Counted from the first letter of the stretch, positions 28,421 through 38,542 are shown. The stretch is DNA of 64,000 bases from an uncultured Planctomycetota bacterium (GCA_964493415.1 CAZBND010000005.1:39076-103075); one strand, 5' to 3'. Program-made: numbers and translations. The notes: generated by a model from the sequence alone, not told the origin.

Positions 28421-30597
28421 CGCGGACGATTCGAGGGCTACTTCTTGACGTGTACCCTACGCCCGAAGGCATGGTGCTGTGGATACGCGTCAGCCGCGAC
28501 GTGCTCAGGCTGGAGGACCGCATCCCCCTCCCCTTCTACCTTGGCGGAAGAGCTTCGGTAAGGACGAGGGCGCTACTGCGGCTTGCAAAGCGCGGGCTCG
28601 TCGGGCGATCACGTCAGACCCGCATGACCGATTTCTGGTCCGGCGAGAAAATAGCCGTCACCGAAGTCATCTGCCCGGGGTACGGTCACCGCAAGGAGGT
28701 CGCCTCGGCGTTGCTCCCGCTCGAGGGCGAACTCGATGTCTACAACTCCGACATCCCGGAGGACCAATACCACCTGTACCTTCGAGGCCTGTTCCCCCTT
28801 GCCGAGGTCGAGGTCGAGGCGTCCGGCTCGACGGTGACCTCCATCGCGCCGACTTCATCTCCCTGGGAAAAGAGGTACGAGTCCCCGGAACTTCCGTGGC
28901 TGGAGCTGGCCGTCGAAGGAGATCGAGGAAGAGGGCTCCGGGCAGGGACCCTTCGACTGCGCACGTGGGCCGGAACCGACATGGAACTGAGCCCCTCTCC
29001 GTCGGCCGAGGCGCTGGAGGCGCTGGCCGCCGTCATGGAGCAAACCGACCCGGACCTGGTGCTGACCGACCGGGGCGACTCGTACCTCCTACCCGAGCTG
29101 GAGACGATGGCGCGACGTAAGGGAATCAATCTTGGGTTGGACCGAGAGCCTCTTCGCGTGGGGGTTCGTCGAGGCGCGCCGGCGCGCAGTTACTTCAGCT
29201 ACGGACGAATTGTCCACAAGGACGCGAGCTTCGAACTCGCGGGCCGCATCCACGTGGACCGCAGCAACTCCTTCATCTACCGGCAGTGCGGGCTCGACGG
29301 TCTGGTGGAGTTCGCGCGAATCAGCAAGCTGCCGCTCCAGCGGGCGGCGCGCGGCTCACCGGGAACCGCCATAAGTTCCATGCAACTGGATCAGGCGGTG
29401 CGCGACGGTATCTTGGTCCCCTATCGCAAGTCGCGGGTAGAGGACTTCAAGTCCGCCGCGCGACTATTGGCAGGCGACAAGGGCGGCTTGATATTCATGC
29501 CGCCTCCGGGACTGCACGCGCGCGTCGCGGAGATCGACTTCCAGTCCATGTATCCCAGTCTCATGGCGCTTCACAATATATCTCCCGAGACAGTAGGATG
29601 TGAATGCTGCACCGGCTCCGACGTTCCGGAACTGGGCTATCACATCTGCAAGCGCAGGAGGGGCTTGGTTCCCCGCGTCCTCGCGCCCCTTCTCGAGAGG
29701 AGAGCCTTGTATAAAGCCAGGGCCACATCCGGCGACGGGAGCCCGAGAGAGCCGTACGCCAGCCGGCAAGCCGCGCTGAAATGGATGCTGGTAACCTGTT
29801 TTGGCTATCTGGGATACAAGAACGCGCGCTTTGGGAAGATCGAGTCGCACGAGGCCGTGACAGCGTTCGGGCGAGAGGCCCTGCTCGCTGCGAAGGAAAT
29901 CTGCGAGTCGCGCGGATACGAAGTGCTCCACGCCATGACCGACTCGCTCTGGATCAAGCCCCTGGGGCAGGACGCGGAGAATCTCAATTCCCTCTGCGCG
30001 CGGATAACCAGCATGACGGGCGTGAGCATGCGCGTGGAAGCGCGCTACAGGTGGGTGGTCTTCCTCCCGTCGCGAGCGGACCCCGGGAGACCCGTCCCCA
30101 ACCGCTTCTTCGCCGCCACTGAGGACGGTCGGCTGAAGGCACGAGGCCTCACGTTGCGTAGGGGCGACACCCCGGAGTTCATAAGGGATGCGCAACATAA
30201 GCTTCTCGATCTTCTCGCTCGCGCAGCCGATCCCCTGCAACTGCGCGAAATCGCCGCGACCGAGGGGGCCGCCTTGGCCGAAGCCTTTCACTTCGCGCTC
30301 ACCTCGGGTGAGGTCCACCCGGACAGCCTCCTGATCGAGCGAAGGATGTCCAAAGAGTTGAGCGATTACGCGAACGAGACCATGGCTCAATCCGCGGCCC
30401 TGCAGCTTGAGAAGGCCGGAAGGCGCGTGAGACCAGGACAGAGCGTCCGGTACTTGATTTGTCGAGACTCTCCAGGTAGCCGCGAAGCACACGCAAAACC
30501 GTACGAGTTAGTGGGCCCTGATGACGGCTACGACGCAGCCAAATACCGCGAGATGCTCCGGCAAGCTGTCAAGGAGGCCCTGCTTTACGAACGATAA
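28417..30597 (+). CDS. Family-B DNA polymerase (PolB/Pol II-like) lacking recognisable 3'-5' exonuclease motifs
   Basis: Motif A is IDFQSMYPS. Motif B-like is KWMLVTCFGYLGYKNARFG. Motif C-like is LHAMTDSLW. The N-terminus LLDVYPTPEGMVLWIR is PolB-like. No Exo I (DIE), II or III motifs were found. I favour the GTG start at 28417, but the ATG at 28222 is possible. Confidence 0.7.
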   Translation: MTRTIRGLLLDVYPTPEGMVLWIRVSRDVLRLEDRIPLPFYLGGRASVRTRALLRLAKRGLVGRSRQTRMTDFWSGEKIAVTEVICPGYGHRKEVASALLPLEGELDVYNSDIPEDQYHLYLRGLFPLAEVEVEASGSTVTSIAPTSSPWEKRYESPELPWLELAVEGDRGRGLRAGTLRLRTWAGTDMELSPSPSAEALEALAAVMEQTDPDLVLTDRGDSYLLPELETMARRKGINLGLDREPLRVGVRRGAPARSYFSYGRIVHKDASFELAGRIHVDRSNSFIYRQCGLDGLVEFARISKLPLQRAARGSPGTAISSMQLDQAVRDGILVPYRKSRVEDFKSAARLLAGDKGGLIFMPPPGLHARVAEIDFQSMYPSLMALHNISPETVGCECCTGSDVPELGYHICKRRRGLVPRVLAPLLERRALYKARATSGDGSPREPYASRQAALKWMLVTCFGYLGYKNARFGKIESHEAVTAFGREALLAAKEICESRGYEVLHAMTDSLWIKPLGQDAENLNSLCARITSMTGVSMRVEARYRWVVFLPSRADPGRPVPNRFFAATEDGRLKARGLTLRRGDTPEFIRDAQHKLLDLLARAADPLQLREIAATEGAALAEAFHFALTSGEVHPDSLLIERRMSKELSDYANETMAQSAALQLEKAGRRVRPGQSVRYLICRDSPGSREAHAKPYELVGPDDGYDAAKYREMLRQAVKEALLYER

Positions 30598-30669
30598 GTA
30601 TTAGATAGTGCCCGAGGGTTGCCCGGGCGCTTGAGGCAGGCGGGCGACCGCAGACGACGACAGCAAGCG

Positions 30670-30697
30670 TTGACGCGAGCCGGAAAGAGGGTATAAT
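30670..30697 (+). promoter_or_regulatory. sigma70-like promoter TTGACG-16-TATAAT upstream of the HD-GYP gene
   Basis: Read directly from the sequence. Followed by an out-of-frame ATG (30715) with AAGGAGAGG, then the real start at 30750 with AGGGAGG. Confidence 0.5.
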
Positions 30698-30749
30698 AAT
30701 CCTGCAAGGAGAGGATGGCGGGCAGCGGCGCTTCCGACAGGGAGGCCGT

Positions 30750-32471
30750 ATGCCGCAAGCGGAAGAAGTCGAGGACCCCGCAGGTTACAACACTCTCGCA
30801 AAGGTCCACGAGCAATTGGCAGACGCTCATAGGGACCTGCGTGAGGCGTATAGCCAGCTTGAGTGCTCCAATTTCAGTCTCGCCGAGAAGGCCCGCCGGC
30901 TCAAAGCCCTTTTCGAGCTTGCGAAGTCCGTGACGTCCGACCTGGAGCTCGGAAAGACCCTGGAGCACACCATCAACATCACCTGCCACCTTCTCGGCAC
31001 TGACTGCTGCTCAATCCGCATCCTCAACGAGCAGCGCACCGAGCTGCTCATGCGCGCCTCGACCGGCCTCTCAAGGGCTTACCTGCAAAAGGGAAGCGTC
31101 AAGGTGGGCGAGAGCGTCGCAGGCATCGTCGTGCGGGAGGGAAAGCCCCGCATCGTTCGTGACATGCAGTACAACTCCAATTACCGATACCCCGAATACG
31201 CCGCTTCAGAAGGCTTGCGTTCCCTCTTATGCGTCCCGCTCTTGGCCAAGGGAAGCGTCATCGGCGTGTTGACCGTGTACTGGAAACAGCTACACGAGTT
31301 CAGCGACGAAGAAGTCGCGATGATGGAGGCGGTCGCCGATCTCAGCGGCGTCGCCATCGCGGCGGCCAACACGCACGAAAGTCTGGAGAGAGCCCATAAG
31401 CAGCTATCCTCGCTGTATTCCCTCACGCGCGACATCTGCTCTCCGCTGACGCTCGACAGGGTCCTCGATATAGTTAAAGAGGTCATTGCCGCGGAGCTGA
31501 GCGTCGAGCGTGTCGCCATATTGCTGAGGGAACGCGCAAGCGAGCTCGTCGTCAGAGCGGTGTCGGGCCCTGAGGATGGGCTTAAATTGGGCCGCGTGGT
31601 CCGAATCGGAGAGGGGGTCTCCGGCTGGGTCGCACGCGACGGGAGGTCCGTGCTGATCAACGATGTTTCCTCCATGGAACAGAGACCGCACGGCTGGAGA
31701 CGACTCAGGTCCGTCCTCTCGGTCGCCTTAAAGGCCCGGGGCGAGGTCCTCGGGGTCATCACCGTGGCGAATCGGCTTAGCAGGGAGGGGTTCACCGAAG
31801 CAGATAAGGATTTCCTGGAAGCGCTGGCCGGCGGCGCGGCGATGTCCATCCATGCCGCAGGCCTATACTCGCAGTTGCAGCGAAACTACGTGGATATCGT
31901 CACCAGCCTGGCGGTCGCACTGGAGACCCGCGACCATTACACCAAGGGGCATTCCGAGAGGGTAAGCTGGCTCGCCAGCGAAACCGCGCTTGCCATGGGG
32001 CTCGACGACGATACGGTCAGATTCCTCGAACAGGCCGGCAGGTTGCACGACATTGGCAAGATAGGCTGGACCGACATCATCCTGGGCAAGAACGGCCCAC
32101 TTACAGAAGCGGAATGGGATCAGGTGAGGCAGCATCCTGTCGTCGGCAGCCAGATCGTGGGAGCCGCAGACATCATCTCCGGCGTCGCGCCTCTGGTCCT
32201 TGCCCACCACGAACGTATTGACGGCTCAGGCTATCCGAACAAGCTCAAAGGAGACGACATCCCCGTAGGCGCGCGGATTGTGGCAGTCGCCGACTCCTAC
32301 GACGCGATGCGTTCAGAAAGGCCGTACAGGGCCGCACCAAAGACCGAGAGAGAAACGAGGGCGGAGTTGATAAGAAGCGCGGATGTCCTCTTCGACCCAG
32401 TGATCGTGGAGGCGTTCCTGAGGACCCTGAGAAAAGTCCCCGCGGAGCAATGGGAACGCGAATCGAGGTAG
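30750..32471 (+). CDS. GAF-GAF-HD-GYP domain protein (putative c-di-GMP phosphodiesterase or signal transducer)
   Basis: C-terminal HD-GYP hallmarks include HSERVSWLA, RLHDIGKIG, LAHHERIDGSGYP and VADSYDAMRSERPYR. Two GAF-like regions lie N-terminal. Confidence 0.85.
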   Translation: MPQAEEVEDPAGYNTLAKVHEQLADAHRDLREAYSQLECSNFSLAEKARRLKALFELAKSVTSDLELGKTLEHTINITCHLLGTDCCSIRILNEQRTELLMRASTGLSRAYLQKGSVKVGESVAGIVVREGKPRIVRDMQYNSNYRYPEYAASEGLRSLLCVPLLAKGSVIGVLTVYWKQLHEFSDEEVAMMEAVADLSGVAIAAANTHESLERAHKQLSSLYSLTRDICSPLTLDRVLDIVKEVIAAELSVERVAILLRERASELVVRAVSGPEDGLKLGRVVRIGEGVSGWVARDGRSVLINDVSSMEQRPHGWRRLRSVLSVALKARGEVLGVITVANRLSREGFTEADKDFLEALAGGAAMSIHAAGLYSQLQRNYVDIVTSLAVALETRDHYTKGHSERVSWLASETALAMGLDDDTVRFLEQAGRLHDIGKIGWTDIILGKNGPLTEAEWDQVRQHPVVGSQIVGAADIISGVAPLVLAHHERIDGSGYPNKLKGDDIPVGARIVAVADSYDAMRSERPYRAAPKTERETRAELIRSADVLFDPVIVEAFLRTLRKVPAEQWERESR

Positions 32472-32571
32472 CCGCTTCGCGATCGGCTCTGCACGTGCTC
32501 GGGCAACCGTTTGTTTGGGGCGCAAGCCGTTGGATGCTTCAGCGGCTTGCGCCTCGGCGGGGGGAGGAGAG

Positions 32572-33597
32572 ATGATATTCCGCTCTCGTGCGCCGGTCAG
32601 GATCGACTTCGCAGGAGGCTGGACGGATGTGGCCCTCTTCGCGAAAGAGCCTCCCGGCGCCGTGGTCAATGCCGCCATCAACGCTTTCTCTTACGCAACG
32701 CTCATCCCCGACCGCCAGGGAATGCGCGGTGAATCCGGCGTGCAGATATATTCGAGCGACTACGACACCTACGTCGAGGCCGAGGACATCAGAAAGCTCG
32801 AGTACGACGGCAACCTCGACCTCGTCAAGGCGGCGATAAGACGCCTGGGCGTGGAGGGCGGGTTCAGAATAATTACCCAATCAACCGCGCCTGCCGGGAG
32901 CGGGCTCGGGACTTCCGCATCCATGGGCGTCGCGCTCATTGGCGTCTTGAGCAAGTATGCGGGGAAGGCACTGCTGCCGTACGAAGTCGCCGAAATGGCA
33001 AGCGCGATAGAACGCGAGGAACTCGGCATCCGAGGCGGCAAGCAGGACCATTACTCAAGTGCTCTGGGTAACTTCAGGTTCCTGGAATTCGTGGAAGAGA
33101 ACGTGCAACAGTCCCCTCTCGACATCTCTTCGGACACGCTTCTGGAACTCGAGAAGAACATGGTGTTGTGCTACACGGGCAAATCCCGTCTGTCGGGAGA
33201 CATTCACAAGAACGTAGCGGAGGCGTACATTTCCGGCGACGGGCAAACCACACAGGCTATAGACGGCCTCAAGCGGGCCGCAATGGAGATGAAGACGGCT
33301 CTGCTTCGCGGGGACCTCCGGGAATACGCCACGTTGATGGAGGAAAACTGGAGGCTCCAGAAACTCCTCCACCCTTCGGTCACCAACGACCACATCCAGA
33401 AGCTCATGTCGCTGGCGCATCAGCAAGGGGCGCTTGCCGGCAAAGCGTGCGGGGCGGGAGGGGGAGGATGCCTCCTCTTCTATTGCAGCTACGACACACA
33501 GCACCAGGTCAGAAAGGCCCTCGAGGCTCAAGGCGTCCGCATAATTGACTTCCAGTTCGAGCCTCAAGGACTGAGGACGTGGTCCGTTCCGCGATAG
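32572..33597 (+). CDS. GHMP-family sugar kinase (HddA/fucokinase-like)
   Basis: RIDFAGGWTD is the N-terminal motif. PAGSGLGTSAS is the GHMP ATP-binding motif. GGKQDHYSSALGNFRFLEF is HddA-like. ATG 32572 is preceded by GGGGAGGAG. Confidence 0.8.
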   Translation: MIFRSRAPVRIDFAGGWTDVALFAKEPPGAVVNAAINAFSYATLIPDRQGMRGESGVQIYSSDYDTYVEAEDIRKLEYDGNLDLVKAAIRRLGVEGGFRIITQSTAPAGSGLGTSASMGVALIGVLSKYAGKALLPYEVAEMASAIEREELGIRGGKQDHYSSALGNFRFLEFVEENVQQSPLDISSDTLLELEKNMVLCYTGKSRLSGDIHKNVAEAYISGDGQTTQAIDGLKRAAMEMKTALLRGDLREYATLMEENWRLQKLLHPSVTNDHIQKLMSLAHQQGALAGKACGAGGGGCLLFYCSYDTQHQVRKALEAQGVRIIDFQFEPQGLRTWSVPR

Positions 33598-33609
33598 GCG
33601 TTGCCGCGG

Positions 33610-34590
33610 TCACGACCCGCGAGCCGCCTGTGCCGAGGTGTCCGCCGCGAACAACATGAGCGCGGAGCCGCCGTTATCCTCCAGCTCTGCCGCGAAGCCC
33701 GAGACGTCCGGCTTCCATGCGAGTGTAGGACATCCGCGCCTTACTATCTCGGGCACGTCCACGACGGGCTTCGTCGCGCCCTTCTCCAAGTCGATGAGCC
33801 ATACCCGCCCCCCCTCTTCTGTGAGCAGGCTCGTCAGGCCAAGCCAGGCAAGGGGATTGAAGCTAAGGCTGTGAACACCTTCGAGCGGCGCTATCGGCCC
33901 CGAATCCTGCTCCCACGCTCCTTCTCGGAGGGCGCGAACGTCGATCGCCCCCACATTCTTGTAGGCAATTCGTTTAGAATCCGGCGAGAACGCCGCGCAG
34001 AGCCCGTGAAACCGCGCTTCCCGCTCGCCCGTAATTCTGATAACGAACAGGCGTGCCCCGCCTTCGTAGTTGCAGACGGCCAGCTTGCTGGAATCGGGCG
34101 ACCAGACCGCGCTGCCCCCCAGTGCCTCAACAGCCAGGTTCAACGGCGACCCGCCATCCGAGTCGCACGCCCAAAAGTGCGCGCGCTTCCTCCTTAGCTC
34201 AGCGTCCTCTACCCGCATGCACTGGAAAGCCACCTTGTTGCCATCGGGAGATTCCAGGGGCGAATGCTTGGGCGCACGGGCGACAAGCCGGTCTCGCACG
34301 ACGATTTCTCGTTCCTCACCTCTCTCCAGATCGTGCCGGAGCAGCATGCCTCCGCGCGAGAAAAGGAGTGACCGCCCGTCGTGAGAGACAGAAGGGGTCG
34401 CCCCTTCACTTACGGTACGTTCTTTGGCGGATCGGACGTCTAGAACACAGATGTTCTTACCCGCCCTGACGTAGCAGAGCCGTTGCCCTTCCGGAAACCA
34501 GCAGAGATTCGTTATTCCGACGGGGTCCGACGCGATCCGTACAGGTGAGCGAAAGCGAATCATTCCCTCTTTGCCATCCATAAGAAGCAC
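33610..34590 (-). CDS. WD40-like beta-propeller repeat protein (TolB-like blades), no obvious signal peptide
   Basis: Repeated SPDG/SPDS blade motifs (SPDGNKVAF, SPDSSKLAV, SPDSKRIAY). Confidence 0.65.
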   Translation of the reverse strand: MLLMDGKEGMIRFRSPVRIASDPVGITNLCWFPEGQRLCYVRAGKNICVLDVRSAKERTVSEGATPSVSHDGRSLLFSRGGMLLRHDLERGEEREIVVRDRLVARAPKHSPLESPDGNKVAFQCMRVEDAELRRKRAHFWACDSDGGSPLNLAVEALGGSAVWSPDSSKLAVCNYEGGARLFVIRITGEREARFHGLCAAFSPDSKRIAYKNVGAIDVRALREGAWEQDSGPIAPLEGVHSLSFNPLAWLGLTSLLTEEGGRVWLIDLEKGATKPVVDVPEIVRRGCPTLAWKPDVSGFAAELEDNGGSALMLFAADTSAQAARGS

Positions 34591-34674
34591 CTAATCGCGC
34601 ACTGAATACGACGGCGGTTCCGCCGCGAGGTGGGAGTATAGCAGACTGCAAACCACCCGATCAAGGCGAGCCGG

Positions 34675-35943
34675 TTACTCGTACCTGAGCGCCTCGATCG
34701 GGTCGAGGTTGGCCGCCTTCCAGGCAGGATAGAGCCCGAACACGATTCCCACAAGCGCGGATATCCCGAAGGCGGTCATAACGGACCATGCCGTCACTAT
34801 CGTCTTCCAAGCCGCAGCGACGGAGACCACTCCGGCACCTGCGACTCCCAGCAAGACGCCGGTCCCTCCCCCGATGCAGGCCAGCACGACCGTCTCGATG
34901 AGGAATTGAGACACGATGTCTCCTCGCGTGGCTCCTATCGCTCGTCGAATGCCGATGTCTCTGGTACGCTCAGTAACGGTGGCGAGCATGATGTTCATGA
35001 TCCCGATCCCCCCGACGAGCAGAGATATGCTGGCAATTGAGCCCATTACAACGTTGAAGATGTTCTGCGTTTGTTGGCTCTGTCGGAGAAGCTCTTGCGG
35101 CACAACTATCTCGTAGTCGGGCTCGGGATGGCTACGTTGGAGGATCTTCCTGATAACGTCGGAAGTCGGTTCCACAAGATCGGTATCAGCCAGTTTGACG
35201 AGGAACTCATCGGCTTCAATCTTCGCGAACTCCGCCGATCCGGAGCTCCGCTGGTACGAGAATACCCCGAACCGCTTCAACGCGGTCGAGAGCGGCACGT
35301 AGACATCTCGGTTGACGTCACGGCCGGCGAGTAGCGCGCCGCCGCCCGTGGCGCCCCGTGGCGCCAGCACACCGACGATTATGTAATCTTCACTGCCGAT
35401 CCGCAGCCCTTCCCCCAAGGGATTCTTATATGGGAACAATTGTCTTCTGATCGAATCACCTAGGATGCACACGCGATTGAAGTGCTCTATGTCCGAATCC
35501 GTGATGAAGCGCCCACGTTCGAGTCCGGCTTGGCCGGCTTGCCGGTACAAGGGAACCGTTCCCAAGGCGCGCCCGTCAACCCGCTTACCCCTGTACCATA
35601 TATCCTTCCGGCAGTCGCGAACCGGCACCAGCATCTCGATGCCGGGCAGGACCGTCTTCAGGTGCTCGGCATCATCGAAAGTCAGCCCGTACTCTATCAC
35701 CCAGCTATCCTGCGCCTGCGGCGTGACCCCCACAGGGGGCTTCACGCTGCGCACGATGATGGTATCGGTGCCGAGGAGCTTCAACTGGTTCATCGCTTCC
35801 CAGCGCGCGCCCTCCCCAATCGAAAGCATCGAAACCACCGCCCCGACGCCAAATATAATTCCGAGCCCCGTCAGGCCCGAGCGCATCTTGTGCAGCGACA
35901 GGCTTCTTAAGGCCAGCTTGATCATCTCGACGAAACGAAACAT
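34675..35943 (-). CDS. ABC transporter permease, FtsX/MacB/DevC-type
   Basis: N-terminal TM helix, large periplasmic domain, then a C-terminal 3-TM bundle with MNIMLATVTERTRDIGIRRAIGATRGDI. Confidence 0.85.
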   Translation of the reverse strand: MFRFVEMIKLALRSLSLHKMRSGLTGLGIIFGVGAVVSMLSIGEGARWEAMNQLKLLGTDTIIVRSVKPPVGVTPQAQDSWVIEYGLTFDDAEHLKTVLPGIEMLVPVRDCRKDIWYRGKRVDGRALGTVPLYRQAGQAGLERGRFITDSDIEHFNRVCILGDSIRRQLFPYKNPLGEGLRIGSEDYIIVGVLAPRGATGGGALLAGRDVNRDVYVPLSTALKRFGVFSYQRSSGSAEFAKIEADEFLVKLADTDLVEPTSDVIRKILQRSHPEPDYEIVVPQELLRQSQQTQNIFNVVMGSIASISLLVGGIGIMNIMLATVTERTRDIGIRRAIGATRGDIVSQFLIETVVLACIGGGTGVLLGVAGAGVVSVAAAWKTIVTAWSVMTAFGISALVGIVFGLYPAWKAANLDPIEALRYE

Positions 35944-35945
35944 TG

Positions 35946-36674
35946 CTACGCTCCCCGCTCGAAGCGGGATTCGTTCTCAGCCTGAGCGGAAGAACCATTC
36001 ACTATCATCCCGTCGCTTATGCGGATCACCCTGTCCGCCCGGCTTCCTATGGCCGGGTCATGGGTCACCGTCACGATTGACCTCCCACGGGAATGGAGCT
36101 CGGCAAAGACCGCGAGAATCTCCTCGCCCGTCTTACTGTCCAGGTTGCCGGTCGGCTCGTCGGCAAGGATGAGCACCGGATCGTTGACGAGCGCTCTTGC
36201 TATGGCGGTGCGTTGGGCCTCGCCACCCGACAGTTGTGTCGGCCTGTGCTGCGCCCTCCCCCCCAGCCCCACCATGTCAACCAACTCCATACTGCGCTTG
36301 TATCGTTCCCTCGGAGGTACACCCATGTAGAAAAGAGGCATCTCAACATTCTCGCGTACGGTCAGGTGGGAAATCAGATTGTAAGCCTGGAACACAAACC
36401 CCAGCTTCTGATTCCTCACGGAAGAGAGTTCGCGATCTGACAGGCGGCTCACATCCCTCCCGTCCAGGAAGTATCTCCCGGCAGTGGGCTTATCGAGGCA
36501 TCCGAGAATGTGCAAAAGAGTAGACTTCCCCGATCCGGAGGGCCCCATGATCGCAGCGTACTCTCCGGGAACGACGGAGACGTCCACGCCCCGCAACGCG
36601 TGAACCGGTACGCCGCTGCGGGCGTAGGTTTTCTTCACGCTTCGTAATCGGGCAATTGGCTCTGTCACTCGCAT
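35946..36674 (-). CDS. ABC transporter ATP-binding protein (MacB/LolD/DevA-type)
   Basis: Walker A GPSGSGKST, signature LSGGEAQRTAIARAL and Walker B ILADEPTGNLD. Confidence 0.9.
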   Translation of the reverse strand: MRVTEPIARLRSVKKTYARSGVPVHALRGVDVSVVPGEYAAIMGPSGSGKSTLLHILGCLDKPTAGRYFLDGRDVSRLSDRELSSVRNQKLGFVFQAYNLISHLTVRENVEMPLFYMGVPPRERYKRSMELVDMVGLGGRAQHRPTQLSGGEAQRTAIARALVNDPVLILADEPTGNLDSKTGEEILAVFAELHSRGRSIVTVTHDPAIGSRADRVIRISDGMIVNGSSAQAENESRFERGA

Positions 36675-36745
36675 CGCCTTCGACTCAGCTGCGGCAAGGG
36701 TCTTCGGCTCGCACGAAGATAGGGCTATCTGCCGGCATGGCGCAT

Positions 36746-38527
36746 TCAGCGCCTTCCGCCGCCGGCTGGACCACCTACATTCGCCTCTGCAACCGCACTC
36801 TCCGGCTCCGCCGTCTGCTCCCGGTCGCCGACTTCGGGGAGCAAGCCGAGCTGCTTAAGGTCCGGAACAAGAGCTATCATCTCCCCTTCCTCAAGCCCCT
36901 CCTTTATCTCCACGAAGCTCTCACTGGAAACACCTGTTTCGACCTGCCGCGGCTCCGCCGCGCCGTTCTTGTACACCACGCAGACCTTTGCGCCGCCCTG
37001 TTCTTGGACCGCGTCGATGGGAACGTAGGTCACGTCGGTCGCCTCTCCTACGTGTATCTCCACTTTGGCGGTCATTCCGGGCTTCAGCCGTTCGTCCTCT
37101 TCGTCGACGGTGATCTCCACGGGAAACACCTTGACCTCCGTACTGGAGTACCAGCTTGCCTCCTTCGCCAGCTTAGCGATATCGCTGACTTTCCCGTGGA
37201 ATTTCGCATCGGGGTACGCGTCGAGTGTTATTGTCGCTTCTTGGCCCTTTTGTACGCGGTTTATGTCCACCTCGTGCACCTGAACCGAAGCCTGCATGAC
37301 GGAGAAATCCGGCAAAGTGATCAGAGTTCTGCCGGGATAGGCGGTGGCCCCGACCTTGATGTCCTCATCGCTCGAGGAACGATAGCGGCTGCTTCGCTGC
37401 TCCCCAATTATGACTAAGCCCGGGCCTGGCGCTCGTATCGTCATCTTGTCCATCTCTTTGCGGAAGTCGTCAAGCGTTCTGTTCGCCCTGTCCAGCCTGA
37501 CCTTGGCTTCGCTCACCGCCACCTGCCTCTGGGTCAGTTGCGAGGCGGCCTTGCTCCTTTCGGCCTCCAGGTCATTTCGCGCCTTCACCAGATCGTTCAC
37601 CTTCTTTCGGACATCCTGCAGGAGCGTATACTTCTTGGTAAGGTCCCTGGCAAGCATGGCGGTCGCGAGCGCGTTTTCCCGCTCCTCGACTTCGAATGCG
37701 GCTTCCTCCCGCTCCTTCTGCGTGGCGAAGTCCTTCTTCGTCAGTTCTTCTGTCGCAGCCAGGTCCTCTCTGGCCCATCCCAGCTCCTTCTCCGCTCTCC
37801 TCACGGCCAACTCGGCTTCCCGAATTTTCTGAAATGCCTCACCGGTCTGGCTGAAGTAGCTTATTAACCCGTCGCCAACCTGCGCCGACCCGGCCGTCGC
37901 CAGCAGGGGAGTGAAGTCCAGCATTTCAAAATCCTCAGCGCTGGCCTTCGACAGGGCAGTGATCGCGTCTTCGCTTAGCGACGTGCCCAGGTACCGCTCC
38001 AGCTCGATGGCGCTCAGCTCCAGCTTCAGTTGGGCGTCGTTTAACGCCGTCTGGTTGTTCAGCGTCTGGATGTTGTAGTTCTCATTCGCCATGGCAAGCG
38101 CGGCCTTTTCAGATTCCACCTTCATCTCTTGGTCGGCTATTTTCGGCTCCAGGTCGGACGAATCCAACTCCACGAGCACGTCGCCCGCCTTCACCAATAC
38201 TCCCGCTTCGACTATCGACTTGATCTTGTAAGAGGAGTTCGTCTCCGGAGCGACCTTAATGGGGTTCTTCGAGGTGATCTCGCCCATCTCGGTGAGCCGG
38301 ATGGGGATGTTGCCACGCCTCACCCTGACAAGTGTGGGGGCGGCCCGCCCGCCTTGGCCGGACCCGAATTGGGTCTTGACGACGAGGGCCAGAATGGCCG
38401 CCGCGAGCACGGCCGCGCCTATAAGGAGAGCCTGCGGCTTGCCGAACCTTCGCCTCTCGGCCGGCCGTTCTTCTTCAGGCTCCTCCGCTCTCGCTCTTCG
38501 GCGATTCAGCACGATCCGGTCTTCCAT
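36746..38527 (-). CDS. HlyD-family membrane-fusion/periplasmic adaptor protein, unusually long (593 aa) with extended coiled coils
   Basis: N-terminal TM anchor, long heptad-rich region, then a C-terminal beta-barrel/lipoyl-like MFP region. Confidence 0.75.
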   Translation of the reverse strand: MEDRIVLNRRRARAEEPEEERPAERRRFGKPQALLIGAAVLAAAILALVVKTQFGSGQGGRAAPTLVRVRRGNIPIRLTEMGEITSKNPIKVAPETNSSYKIKSIVEAGVLVKAGDVLVELDSSDLEPKIADQEMKVESEKAALAMANENYNIQTLNNQTALNDAQLKLELSAIELERYLGTSLSEDAITALSKASAEDFEMLDFTPLLATAGSAQVGDGLISYFSQTGEAFQKIREAELAVRRAEKELGWAREDLAATEELTKKDFATQKEREEAAFEVEERENALATAMLARDLTKKYTLLQDVRKKVNDLVKARNDLEAERSKAASQLTQRQVAVSEAKVRLDRANRTLDDFRKEMDKMTIRAPGPGLVIIGEQRSSRYRSSSDEDIKVGATAYPGRTLITLPDFSVMQASVQVHEVDINRVQKGQEATITLDAYPDAKFHGKVSDIAKLAKEASWYSSTEVKVFPVEITVDEEDERLKPGMTAKVEIHVGEATDVTYVPIDAVQEQGGAKVCVVYKNGAAEPRQVETGVSSESFVEIKEGLEEGEMIALVPDLKQLGLLPEVGDREQTAEPESAVAEANVGGPAGGGRR

Positions 38528-38542
38528 TTGAGTTCACACTCC

